DNA from: an uncultured virus (IMG/VR IMGVR_UViG_3300048502_000073)
Taxonomy: Duplodnaviria > Heunggongvirae > Uroviricota > Caudoviricetes
Length of the DNA stretch: 64,000 nt
IMG/VR virus record: IMGVR_UViG_3300048502_000073
Direction: 5' to 3' (one strand)
Part shown: positions 17,666 through 26,768 of the stretch, one piece after another
Numbering within the stretch: position 1 is the stretch's first letter
How the letters are laid out: each line of letters begins with the position of its first letter
Translations under genes and position numbers: made by a program
The notes under the pieces: generated by a model
What the model was told of the DNA's origin: nothing
Databases searched by the model: none
What the model saw: only the letters and a program-made list of their open reading frames with translations

Positions 17666-19257
17666 TGGCTATCTCCAAGAACTTGCGCCACCCCCGGCGC
17701 CGCTGCCGGACCAATCCCCGCGCCAATCGCGCGCCGCACTTGGCCAGGGTTAACGTAGCTGCGGAGGGCGGTCATCCCAGGGCCGGTATAGGGCAATGTG
17801 CCGGCGCCGACGCCCAGCGCGCCGGGGAGACTGAATGCGCCACCGCCCCCGAGGGCGGCCATCCAAGCGAGCCGCTCCGGTGTCCCGCTGTCCCGCACCG
17901 TCTGCGGAAGCACACTTTCCCCGGCCGCAGCTTTATCCTGCATCAGCGCCTCGCCCTTTGCATAGGCCCGCTTGTCCTTTGACTTGTCCCGCGCCTTGAT
18001 CGAACCCGCCAGTTGCGATGGTGTGAATACGCCATCCTTTGCGCCGAGATAACCAGCCGCGCGCTCGATCGTCTTGTAGTGGGCGTTCGCCTCATCAATG
18101 GCCCTCTTGAGCGGCGCGAGCGTGGGGTTAGTCCGATCCAGCATGCTATCCACGGACGCGTCGATACGCTTGATCAGTCGCCCCATGCGGTTCACGTCCG
18201 GGCTTTGATCAGCGAGCATCTTGTCCGCCATATTTTGCAGATCGGTCCCGATGTTCTGCGCCCTCTCGCCAGAGATCGTGCCGTTCTTCTCGAAACGATC
18301 CCCGATGTCATGGTTGATCACGCCCAGAAGCTCTTTCTGCAGGTCGGGCCGATGCGAAAGCGTCCGCTGCGCGTCCTGGACTACGCCCATCATTTCCTTG
18401 CTGAAATCGGGATCATACTGCCCCCTCATGCGCGGGACGATTTGCTCGTAAGCATCGCTGATGGCCTTTGACATGAACTGAATAGCAGGTCTGCCAGCCT
18501 CAATGTCGTCGGGCATCCTGACGCCGATCGACTTCAGCCCATCGTTTATCAGTCCCTTGTCAAAGTCCTTGATGCTTGTGCCTTGCGCGCCCCTCACGAA
18601 TGACCCCAGGACGGGAATGTTGGACAGCACATCCTCGCCTTTCTTCCAGAAGCCCCCAGCCATCTGGCCCGGCGTCATCCTGACACCCATGTCTGACAGC
18701 GTTTTGGCGGCGCCTGAAAGTTGCGGCGCAATCGCTTTGCCGGCAACGTCCATGACCTTCCCGCCGGCCGCGCCGCCCGCCACCTGCCCGGCCTTCTCCT
18801 GCCAGAAGTTGTTCCCTGTCACCGGTTCTGTCAGCGCGCTGATCGCCCCCGCGGCAGGCGCCACAACTTTCGGCGCAAGGCCGAGCGCCTTTACCGCCGG
18901 GCCGCCCGCGTAGTTGATTGGATTGACGACATCCAGTGCCATCTGCTCCCAGTTGGTGCCCTTGTCGAAACCACGGGCCGCCTGGATTTTCTGGTCGTTC
19001 TCCCGCTGCATGGCGTCGTCGGCTTGCGCGCGTGGTATCCATCCTTTCTCGGGGGCGTAGGCCGGAATTGGCAGGACGCGGCCCGCCAACTGCTCTGCCC
19101 CAATGAACGGCTTGGCGAACTCCCGGCCGAGGCGTTCCAGGCGCGATGGTGCTTGCTGCGGAGCGTCGTTGCCCCAATCGGCGGCACCCGGCGCCGCGGC
19201 TGGTGCCGGCGGTGCGCCCTGCTGGATCGGGTCATTCCCCCAGTCGTCAGCCATCAC
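17662..19257 (-). CDS. Internal virion/DNA-ejection protein
   Basis: Helical, Ala/Gly-rich; TPGQ and DSGTPER motifs seen in podophage ejection proteins; position after nozzle. Confidence 0.65.
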   Translation of the reverse strand: MMADDWGNDPIQQGAPPAPAAAPGAADWGNDAPQQAPSRLERLGREFAKPFIGAEQLAGRVLPIPAYAPEKGWIPRAQADDAMQRENDQKIQAARGFDKGTNWEQMALDVVNPINYAGGPAVKALGLAPKVVAPAAGAISALTEPVTGNNFWQEKAGQVAGGAAGGKVMDVAGKAIAPQLSGAAKTLSDMGVRMTPGQMAGGFWKKGEDVLSNIPVLGSFVRGAQGTSIKDFDKGLINDGLKSIGVRMPDDIEAGRPAIQFMSKAISDAYEQIVPRMRGQYDPDFSKEMMGVVQDAQRTLSHRPDLQKELLGVINHDIGDRFEKNGTISGERAQNIGTDLQNMADKMLADQSPDVNRMGRLIKRIDASVDSMLDRTNPTLAPLKRAIDEANAHYKTIERAAGYLGAKDGVFTPSQLAGSIKARDKSKDKRAYAKGEALMQDKAAAGESVLPQTVRDSGTPERLAWMAALGGGGAFSLPGALGVGAGTLPYTGPGMTALRSYVNPGQVRRAIGAGIGPAAAPGVAQVLGDSQ

Positions 19258-21329
19258 TGCTTGGTCCGGTAACTGCCCGGCGGATCGCCCGGCTTGCGGT
19301 AGTGCGTCCCGGCCGGCAAAGCGTCATAGGCAGCCTTGTCGCTGATAACCTGGACGCCGCCGCTCGTTGATGCGGCGGCGGGCGACGCCGGCGCGGGGGC
19401 TGCTGCCGGTGGCGCCCCAGAGACTTGGCCTTGTCCCGTAAGCGCCTGGCCCTTGAGCGCCGTGCGGAAGGTATCAATGCGGTTGTTGCCTTCCTCGGTC
19501 ATGGCGTGAGCGACGGCATCGAACGAGGCAGGGGTCATATTGAGGCTTGCCCACTTCTGCGCTTCTTCCATCGCCCCTTGATGGAGTTGCGCCACGGACG
19601 CCTGGCCGCCCGCGAGAATGCGCGCCGACTCCAGTGCCGTGGCGTGCATGTAGTAGAACGCTGACGAATACGCGGGATCGCCGGTCCACTTTTCCTCGCC
19701 GCGGGCGATGGCGTTCAGGATCGGTGACAGGTCGGATGATGGCAGTTTCGCCAGCTCTTCCTTGGTCTTCTTGATGTTGAAGTCCAACTGCTGGACGGCC
19801 TGCTCAGTCGCCCCGAGCATGGTCGTGAGCTGGCCCGAGCTGCGCTTGCCGGACTGGAACTCGATAGACCTGTTCGCCAGCTCAATCCCGGCTTGCTCGT
19901 CATCTTTGCCGGTCGTGGTCTTGATGTAGTCGATCGCAGATTGCCGCGCCTTCTGTCGATCGGACGCGGCGGCGGCACCATAACCCGGCACGAGTTGGGT
20001 CAACGGCTGGCCGGTCGCGGCCTGCGCGCCGAGCGATTTAAGCTGCTCAGGCGTGACGGCCGACCCGCCCCCTTTGCCCGCGGCGCCCACCTCGTTCATC
20101 TTTTGCTGCGCGGCAGCCGCTGCCTCGGCGCCAGGCGCCTTTCCGTGCGCGACAGCCTCATCGTAGAACTGTTTGAACTTCCACTCGGGGGAACCCATCA
20201 TCCCGGCCTTGCCGGTCGGGCTTTTCGCCTCCGCCACAGCTTGCTGCGCCGCGGCGATCTTCGCTGGGTCTTTCGACGCCTGCGCCATCGCCAATTCCAG
20301 CGTTGCGCGGGTCAGCGGGTAGCTCTCCACCATCTTGGTAACGGCGGCGTTGCGGCTGTCCTGGAGCTTGGCCAGGTCCTCGTATTGGCCTTTCGCCAGC
20401 ATGTCCGTGGCGATCTGGTCGTCTGAGCGAGCGGCCACGGCTTTCGCCATGGCGGTGCCAACCGTGATGTCCGTCTTCATCTTCTCGAGCGCTTGCGCCA
20501 TATCCTCGGACTGCAAGCGGTGGTTCTGGATGGCAATGGTCGTCTGGTCTTTCCACAGCTTCAATGACCGGTCAAATTTCGCCTGATCCGCCTCGCGCGT
20601 CCCGTTGATCGCGCCCGTGAGGCCGACCATGGCGTTCAGACCCGGGCGCTTCGAGAACGCCGCGGCAATCACGGCGAAGATCGATGCGGCTGACCCAAAG
20701 CTCTTGAGCGGGTCCGTCTCAGGCGGCGTCGGCGGCGGGATCGCCTCGACCGGCTTATAGTCCTTCGCCGCCTTGTTGAACTGCGCTTTGTCGGCCGCCA
20801 CGTCGGCCATCATCTGATCGTAGATCGGCCCCTGCGCCTTGGCCTTCTCAGCACCCGCCGCGCGGATGTCGTTCACCGTCTGGGCGGTCATGGTCTGGTA
20901 TGTGCCGAACGCCGACGAGGCGGTGAGCGGGTCAAGGCCGAGCGCCTTCATGGCATAGGTGACGCCGTCGATGCCGTTCGCGTCTTTCTGCGGCCCATGA
21001 TAGGCGATCAGCGCCGCCGCTGCCTTGGTCGGGTCTTGCCAATCCTCTGGCTTCAGGCCGAGGTCTTTTCCGCGCGCCGACAGGTAGTCGGCCGCAAATT
21101 TCAGTTGCTGGTCGTTGTTGGCACCGGCCGGCAACGGCTGCATCCCGAAGCCTGGCTGCGAAGCGGTCGATGGCAGGAAACCACCGAGGCCGAATGCGCC
21201 GCTTTGGTCGTTACGCGCGTTCGGATTACCGCCCGATTCGGTCCTCACCAGGCCGGCCAGTATCCATGGCGGGACCGGTGTCCCGGATACCGCCTGCGCA
21301 AACGGATCGGGGGTCGTGCTGCCTGACAT
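19254..21329 (-). CDS. Ejection protein with N-terminal lytic transglycosylase-like domain
   Basis: LVRTESGGNPNA...GAFGLGGFLPSTA...AALIAYHG resembles SLT motifs I-III; long helical remainder. Confidence 0.75.
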   Translation of the reverse strand: MSGSTTPDPFAQAVSGTPVPPWILAGLVRTESGGNPNARNDQSGAFGLGGFLPSTASQPGFGMQPLPAGANNDQQLKFAADYLSARGKDLGLKPEDWQDPTKAAAALIAYHGPQKDANGIDGVTYAMKALGLDPLTASSAFGTYQTMTAQTVNDIRAAGAEKAKAQGPIYDQMMADVAADKAQFNKAAKDYKPVEAIPPPTPPETDPLKSFGSAASIFAVIAAAFSKRPGLNAMVGLTGAINGTREADQAKFDRSLKLWKDQTTIAIQNHRLQSEDMAQALEKMKTDITVGTAMAKAVAARSDDQIATDMLAKGQYEDLAKLQDSRNAAVTKMVESYPLTRATLELAMAQASKDPAKIAAAQQAVAEAKSPTGKAGMMGSPEWKFKQFYDEAVAHGKAPGAEAAAAAQQKMNEVGAAGKGGGSAVTPEQLKSLGAQAATGQPLTQLVPGYGAAAASDRQKARQSAIDYIKTTTGKDDEQAGIELANRSIEFQSGKRSSGQLTTMLGATEQAVQQLDFNIKKTKEELAKLPSSDLSPILNAIARGEEKWTGDPAYSSAFYYMHATALESARILAGGQASVAQLHQGAMEEAQKWASLNMTPASFDAVAHAMTEEGNNRIDTFRTALKGQALTGQGQVSGAPPAAAPAPASPAAASTSGGVQVISDKAAYDALPAGTHYRKPGDPPGSYRTKQ

Positions 21330-22498
21330 TACTGCTGAACCGTCACGCCGCTATTACCCAGCCTGATCCCACCGGCGAGCGCCGACGACAAGCCACCGAT
21401 CGCCTGCGTCGTCTGGCCGTCCATCGCCGTCTGGTTCTGGATAAGGCTCTGATAAATCGAGGAGCTAAGCTGCGTTTCGCTAAGGCCCTGCTGGAGAAGC
21501 TGATCCGCGAGCGTCGCGCCCTGATAGACGGCCTGCTGCTGGAGGGAGGCGATGTCCTGCACCTCGCCGGAAGACCCCGCTGCCACGCCCATACCGGCGT
21601 ATTTCGATTTGATCGCGGAGATGCCAGCCTGCGTCGCGGCATTGACCGACGCCTGGATCGCGGGCGGCAGGGTGCCCGTCTCCAGGTAGGATTGCAGAAT
21701 TTGGCCCTGCGAGGCGGAATTGGCCGCCAGGCTGTTCAGCGCGTTCGTGCCCTTGGGCGCCTGATCGGCGAACAGGTCTTTCGCCAGGCCGAGGCCCGCC
21801 ACGCCGACCCCAAGCGATTGTAGCGGGTGCGCTTGCAGCGCGCTGCCGGCCGAACCGAGAAAGCTCCCGATCCCTCCGCCCCCGCTGTTGCCCGCGGCCC
21901 CCGCCGCTGCCGGCGTTTCCCAGGCCGAGTTGCCGATGGTGCCGGCGCCCGTTACCGGGGCGCCAATCCCGTTCGCTGCTGCGGCAGCAGGCGAAGCCCC
22001 CGCAGCGGCCCCGGCATCCGGGACCGTGGAACTCGCCAGCGTCAACGCGTCTGTCGGCGCAGCACCAGCGCCACCGGCGCCGACGCCCGCGGCCGCGGAT
22101 GTCAGATCAACAGGAGCCGCGCCGACCGGAGCCGCGATTGATGCCGCGGCCGGACCGGCGGCGGCGAGCGGGGTCGTGCCAATCGGCGCCGCCAATGCCC
22201 CGGCACCAGCGCCTACGTCCGCCGCCCCGGCGGCTGCCGTGGTGCCTGCGCCGACACCAAGTGCGTCGGCTGCACCAGCCGCGCCTGCGCCGACCGCTCC
22301 GAGTGCGTCCCCTGCGCCAGCCAGTCCAGCCGCGCCGGCTGCCACATCGCCAATCCCGTTTGCTGCAAGCGCCGCTTCTGTCGGGGCAGCCCAGAGAGCT
22401 GACAAGCCACCCAAGTCGGCGGCACCCTCAGCAGCACCGGCCGCAAGACCAGCGTCTGCTACTCCAAAAAGCGACGCGCCCGCTGCTGCCAAGCCCAT
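21329..22498 (-). CDS. Ala/Gly-rich DNA-ejection (pilot) protein
   Basis: Low-complexity Ala/Gly N-terminus and Gln-rich helical C-terminus; P22 gp7-like position. Confidence 0.6.
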   Translation of the reverse strand: MGLAAAGASLFGVADAGLAAGAAEGAADLGGLSALWAAPTEAALAANGIGDVAAGAAGLAGAGDALGAVGAGAAGAADALGVGAGTTAAAGAADVGAGAGALAAPIGTTPLAAAGPAAASIAAPVGAAPVDLTSAAAGVGAGGAGAAPTDALTLASSTVPDAGAAAGASPAAAAANGIGAPVTGAGTIGNSAWETPAAAGAAGNSGGGGIGSFLGSAGSALQAHPLQSLGVGVAGLGLAKDLFADQAPKGTNALNSLAANSASQGQILQSYLETGTLPPAIQASVNAATQAGISAIKSKYAGMGVAAGSSGEVQDIASLQQQAVYQGATLADQLLQQGLSETQLSSSIYQSLIQNQTAMDGQTTQAIGGLSSALAGGIRLGNSGVTVQQ

Positions 22499-22499
22499 G

Positions 22500-23582
22500 T
22501 CATTCCGCCTCCAACTCCAGCTTATACATGATGCCGATCTCCTCCGCACCCATCCGACGATCGAGAACGCCCATGCGCGGCCCGGCGCGGCCCGTGCGGG
22601 AGAAAACCCGGTTCACACCCTTTTCCCGTAGCGCGGCCGCGCACGCCTGTTTCAGTTTCAGGCCGAGAAGCGGGATGTCCGGCGACGCGAAGAACGCGAG
22701 GTTCAGCGCCTCGGTCTCGGTCTCGCTCTCCATCGAAGGTCCATAGAGCGTCATCAGGTAGCCGAACATCCGGCCGTTGCAGCGGGCCGTTGTGATCTGC
22801 ATCACACCTTTCTCGTAAAGCCGCCGCGCCAAGGGAACGTTCTTCGAACGGAAGCTGTCCGGGCGTTCCCCGATCTGCGCGCAATGTTCCCGCATCAGAG
22901 ATTCAGAATCCCGGAAAAAGGTATCGAAATCCTCTTGCTGGAAGGTCACGCCGTCTTTCTCGACCGGGGCGTGGCGCGCCATGTCGCGCAACATTTTATG
23001 CTTTGCTATACTTGCTGCTTTGTCCATCTGAGGTTTGAACGCCTGGAAGTATCTCAGGCATTGCAGCATATCTATCTGGAGATTTTCTTTATCCTTTTCT
23101 ATCCAATATCTTGTGTTCATCCTCTGACCGAGGCAGTGCTGGAACACGCGCCCACAAGCAAGACCGGACTGTGAATAGTCGCCTAGTTCGGAGAACCTGA
23201 CGGAAATGACGTTCCGCGCCCGCGCCTCGATCTGGTCAAGTTTGTGGTCCAGAAGGGTCATGCCCTTCGTGAGCTTCGCGCGGTCGATCCCAACGCCAAG
23301 GCGGATGGCGCTCTCCACCACATCTGCAACAGGCCGGCGAACGACGACAGTGCGGATGTCGGGACAATAGGTTTCGACCAGCCGCCAGAACGGCGCGGCG
23401 GCGGTCTCGACGGTGCCGGTGAACGGCTGTGCGAGCCAGGACTTCACATCCTCCAGGCTCCGCACGTGCCGAATCTCATCGTGCCCGCAGTGCCACCCTT
23501 CGGTGGAGAGGAAGCGGGATAGCCAATAAGTCCGAGAGCGGGGCAGCGCGTAGACGATAAACGGCGGCCCCGCCTCGGTCAC
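22500..23582 (-). CDS. Sulfotransferase-like P-loop domain fused to a GNAT-like domain
   Basis: YALPRSRTYWL...CGHDE...VVRRPVADVVES N-terminal domain; C-terminal ARCNGRMFGY...LDRRMGAEEI. Confidence 0.6.
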   Translation of the reverse strand: MTEAGPPFIVYALPRSRTYWLSRFLSTEGWHCGHDEIRHVRSLEDVKSWLAQPFTGTVETAAAPFWRLVETYCPDIRTVVVRRPVADVVESAIRLGVGIDRAKLTKGMTLLDHKLDQIEARARNVISVRFSELGDYSQSGLACGRVFQHCLGQRMNTRYWIEKDKENLQIDMLQCLRYFQAFKPQMDKAASIAKHKMLRDMARHAPVEKDGVTFQQEDFDTFFRDSESLMREHCAQIGERPDSFRSKNVPLARRLYEKGVMQITTARCNGRMFGYLMTLYGPSMESETETEALNLAFFASPDIPLLGLKLKQACAAALREKGVNRVFSRTGRAGPRMGVLDRRMGAEEIGIMYKLELEAE

Positions 23583-23588
23583 TTGGCG

Positions 23589-23966
23589 TTAGCCAGCCTG
23601 AACGGTGCTCGGCGCAGGAGTAGGCTCGGGGGTCGGCTCTGGCGTGGTGGTCGCCGGCGCGGTCAGATCGGCCGCCGGGATCGCTGACAGGGCAGCGGCG
23701 AGGTTCGTGTTGGCGGTGTTGACCTGCGCGTCCAGAGCGGAAATCTGTTCGGCGGTTGCACCGGAACCAGACGCATCCAGCGATGCGATCGTGGCCTTCA
23801 GCGCCATGATATCGGTCACAGCGGTTTGGACGGTCGCGGTCAGCGTTGCGATATCTGCGGTCAGCGTGGTGATCGTAGTGCTCATCTTGGTATATTCCTG
23901 TTCAAGAGCGGTTACGCGGGCAGCCAAGGCGTGGACTTCGGACTCGGTGGCAAACGGCAGTCTCAT
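23589..23966 (-). CDS. Coiled-coil hypothetical protein with Pro/Thr/Glu tail
   Basis: Heptad pattern and TPEPTPEPTP tail. Confidence 0.55.
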   Translation of the reverse strand: MRLPFATESEVHALAARVTALEQEYTKMSTTITTLTADIATLTATVQTAVTDIMALKATIASLDASGSGATAEQISALDAQVNTANTNLAAALSAIPAADLTAPATTTPEPTPEPTPAPSTVQAG

Positions 23967-24430
23967 ACCACTCGGCCCAGCAGGACATAGTGTTCCGGTG
24001 TCTTCAATTGCGTGTTCCGGCCGATCCTCGCGCCGGCCCGCTTAAAGGTGATGTCGCTCCAGCCCGCAAGGAAGATTTTGGACGCATTCAGATTGGCTGC
24101 CCATGACGCCATGCGCGGGTATAAATCGGCCGCCTCGTGCTCATCTTCCTCCGCCATGCAGAAGCAGAACCGCACATGCACCTCGGGCTGCACCTCCAGC
24201 GGAAGGCGGACCACTTGTGCGAGGGCGACCGCCCGCGCAGTGCGGACGAAGAAATACTCGTTGCTTGCCAACAAGCCGCCAAGCCATCCCATGATCACGC
24301 CATAGCCCGCCTCGGTGTGGCGTTCCTGCAGGCGCTTCACCAGCCACGCCGCCATCATTTCCAGGTCCACCCGCTCGACACGGCGAATGTCTTCCGGGGG
24401 TGTCGCACTCATCGGCATTAGAATCGGCAT
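23963..24430 (-). CDS. Hypothetical, possibly GNAT-fold virion assembly protein
   Basis: Size and position between nozzle and ejection genes match podophage acetyltransferase-like genes. Confidence 0.45.
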   Translation of the reverse strand: MPILMPMSATPPEDIRRVERVDLEMMAAWLVKRLQERHTEAGYGVIMGWLGGLLASNEYFFVRTARAVALAQVVRLPLEVQPEVHVRFCFCMAEEDEHEAADLYPRMASWAANLNASKIFLAGWSDITFKRAGARIGRNTQLKTPEHYVLLGRVV

Positions 24431-24768
24431 CAGAACACCTCGGTTGCGTCAGCTTCGGCCAGATGCAATTGCGCGTTCAGCCATATCCACCCGGAAAACT
24501 GCTCTTTATCCGTGAAATCCACCGATGTCAGGTCGTATCCGGAGACACCTAATACCTGATCGATATCGTTGTGCCAAGTTGTGTGTCGATATAAGAAGGA
24601 GACCGGGTCCGCGAGATTTACCGGATCAAGAATATACTCCGGGATGGATATGCCGTGTTTCTGAAATATCTCATCATTCAATTCGCGATGGTGCGCTTGG
24701 TGCGCAAAGCTCCACTTTGCCATCTCTTCCGGGCTTGATGGGACATTGAACAGGTCCGCGAGAGCCAT
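24430..24768 (-). CDS. Hypothetical virion-associated protein
   Basis: Coupled to the nozzle gene; repeated W..H motifs. Confidence 0.55.
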   Translation of the reverse strand: MALADLFNVPSSPEEMAKWSFAHQAHHRELNDEIFQKHGISIPEYILDPVNLADPVSFLYRHTTWHNDIDQVLGVSGYDLTSVDFTDKEQFSGWIWLNAQLHLAEADATEVF

Positions 24769-26768
24769 TAGCCGCGATACCCGACCGGCACGGAATCGAT
24801 AGACGCCGAGATCAGCGTCACGTCCGCGGCGTTCGTTGTGATCGTCATCCCGAGCATGACCCCGACCTGTCCCGTTGCGGTCGGCGGCGTAACATAAAAC
24901 CCCTCCATTGTCGCGGGTCCTGCGAACGTGATGCTCTGCGAGAACAGCGGCCCCGCGTCCGTATCCACGAGGAACGTCAGCGCCGGCGACGTGAGGCTGT
25001 CATACTGCGCCAGGAGCCACGCCCGACCCGATGACTTTGCCGTCAGATATCCGCCCGGCGCGGTCCACATCTTGGACTGAACCACCTTCGTGAAGCCATC
25101 CCCCGGCACCGCGAACAGCGGATAGAGGGACGTGCCGTCTGTCCCATATGCCGACAGAACCGAGTTGAACTCCTGCCCCGCAATGAACGTCAGGCTGACG
25201 CTCTGCTGGCTTGTCCACCATGCCTTTTTCTCGCGATCCCACATCAGAAGCTTGTTCACCGGCGCGAACGTGTATTGATCTATCACGGGGTAGAGCAGAA
25301 CCCAGACGGCCTTGCCGTAGAGAATGTGCTTGGCGGCCGATGGCGTAAAAGCCGGATTGATCGGCACGGTGTTGTAGAAGCCGTCCAATTGCGAGCTGAT
25401 CTTCGTGACCTGCCCGCCGTAGCTGACATGCGCGCCCCACGCGTTGGCGAACACGAGGTTCGATCCGATGGTGCTGATCGTGGTCGCCCACGGCGTGCCC
25501 ACTTCCGGGTCGGCGTTCTGGTTGCTGAACGAGGTTGTGGGCGGCTCGCCGGACGTGGTCACGCCGCCTATGTAGTTAATGGACGAATCCGACACGAGAT
25601 ACAGAAAGCCGTTCGTTTGTCTCGGCTGTATGTAGCTAACCTTCTGGAAGCTGTCGGCGGAGCTGAACGAGCCACCTCCGTCCGCCGCGCTGAAGTCCGT
25701 GTAGCTCTCCGGCGCGCTGAACGTGATCAGTGATTCCGTCACCGGCACATCGCTCACCGAGGACACCCAGACCCGGTTCTGATAGGTCTCCACCGCCGAT
25801 CCGTTCAGGCCGAACGGCATGAGCGCGAGCGTGGCGGACGCGGCGTTGTTGAACCCTGGCGGGATGATGACAGCAGCTTGGTTGTTGTAGAAGGCCCCGC
25901 CGGTCGTGACGGAGGTCCCCGTGATGACCCCTGCCGTCACGGTGGCCGTCGCCGCCGCGCCGCCGCCCTCACCGCCGGCAAACGACAGCGTCAGCGGCGA
26001 TATCTTGTAGCCGGTCCCGCCGTTCACGATGTTGATCGACGCAATCGAGCCGTTCACGACGTTCGGCGTCAGGATGCCGCCCGTGTCGGTCCCGCCGCCG
26101 CTGAACTGCAACTGGACGAAGTCGCCGGCTTTGTAGCCGGTCCCCGGATTGCCAACGACCAGCTCATAGACGTTGTCGCCCGGGGTGAAGAGCGGCGTCA
26201 AGGTGATGCCGGACCCGGAGCCGCCGAAGGCCGCGAGCCCCGGCGCGCTGGTGTAACCCGTGCCGCCCGAGGTCAGATCGTTGGCTGTCGGCCCGATCCC
26301 CCCGGCCGAGTAAAGGATCAGACCGTCCGTTATCCAATAGCCGTTGACCAGTTCCGTCACGATGATGATGAACTGGTTGCCCCACTGCGCGATCCCGGTA
26401 TTCGTGGGCAGCGGGTTAATCAGCGTGCCCGGGATCATGATCTGTTTTGCAACATTGGTCTGTGTATTGACCAACTCCACGCTGCCATCCGAGATAAACA
26501 CAACGGCGTAAGGGTCCGACCCTATGTTCGCAAAGGCGAAGAACACGATCGTTTTCGGCGAGGCGACTGCAAAGATTGGCGCCCCCACGTCGGGAATTGT
26601 CCGAAGCTGCGAGGCGCCGACCGGCATAAAGCCGTCGCACCAATACATCTCCTGATCCTTGATCCCCGGCCGAGAGCCGTCAGTGTTCAGGGTAGTGAAG
26701 CCCTCGAACGCTAATGGCTGGAACGGAGGCCCGCCTTGCCCGCCGCCCCCTGACTGGCTATCGGACAC
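24768..26768 (-). CDS. Tail nozzle / DNA-stabilisation protein (P22 gp10-like) with GGxGY-repeat insertion
   Basis: Beta-rich; YQNRVWVS...ITFSAPESYTDF...GGGSF; position and size. Confidence 0.7.
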   Translation of the reverse strand: MSDSQSGGGGQGGPPFQPLAFEGFTTLNTDGSRPGIKDQEMYWCDGFMPVGASQLRTIPDVGAPIFAVASPKTIVFFAFANIGSDPYAVVFISDGSVELVNTQTNVAKQIMIPGTLINPLPTNTGIAQWGNQFIIIVTELVNGYWITDGLILYSAGGIGPTANDLTSGGTGYTSAPGLAAFGGSGSGITLTPLFTPGDNVYELVVGNPGTGYKAGDFVQLQFSGGGTDTGGILTPNVVNGSIASINIVNGGTGYKISPLTLSFAGGEGGGAAATATVTAGVITGTSVTTGGAFYNNQAAVIIPPGFNNAASATLALMPFGLNGSAVETYQNRVWVSSVSDVPVTESLITFSAPESYTDFSAADGGGSFSSADSFQKVSYIQPRQTNGFLYLVSDSSINYIGGVTTSGEPPTTSFSNQNADPEVGTPWATTISTIGSNLVFANAWGAHVSYGGQVTKISSQLDGFYNTVPINPAFTPSAAKHILYGKAVWVLLYPVIDQYTFAPVNKLLMWDREKKAWWTSQQSVSLTFIAGQEFNSVLSAYGTDGTSLYPLFAVPGDGFTKVVQSKMWTAPGGYLTAKSSGRAWLLAQYDSLTSPALTFLVDTDAGPLFSQSITFAGPATMEGFYVTPPTATGQVGVMLGMTITTNAADVTLISASIDSVPVGYRG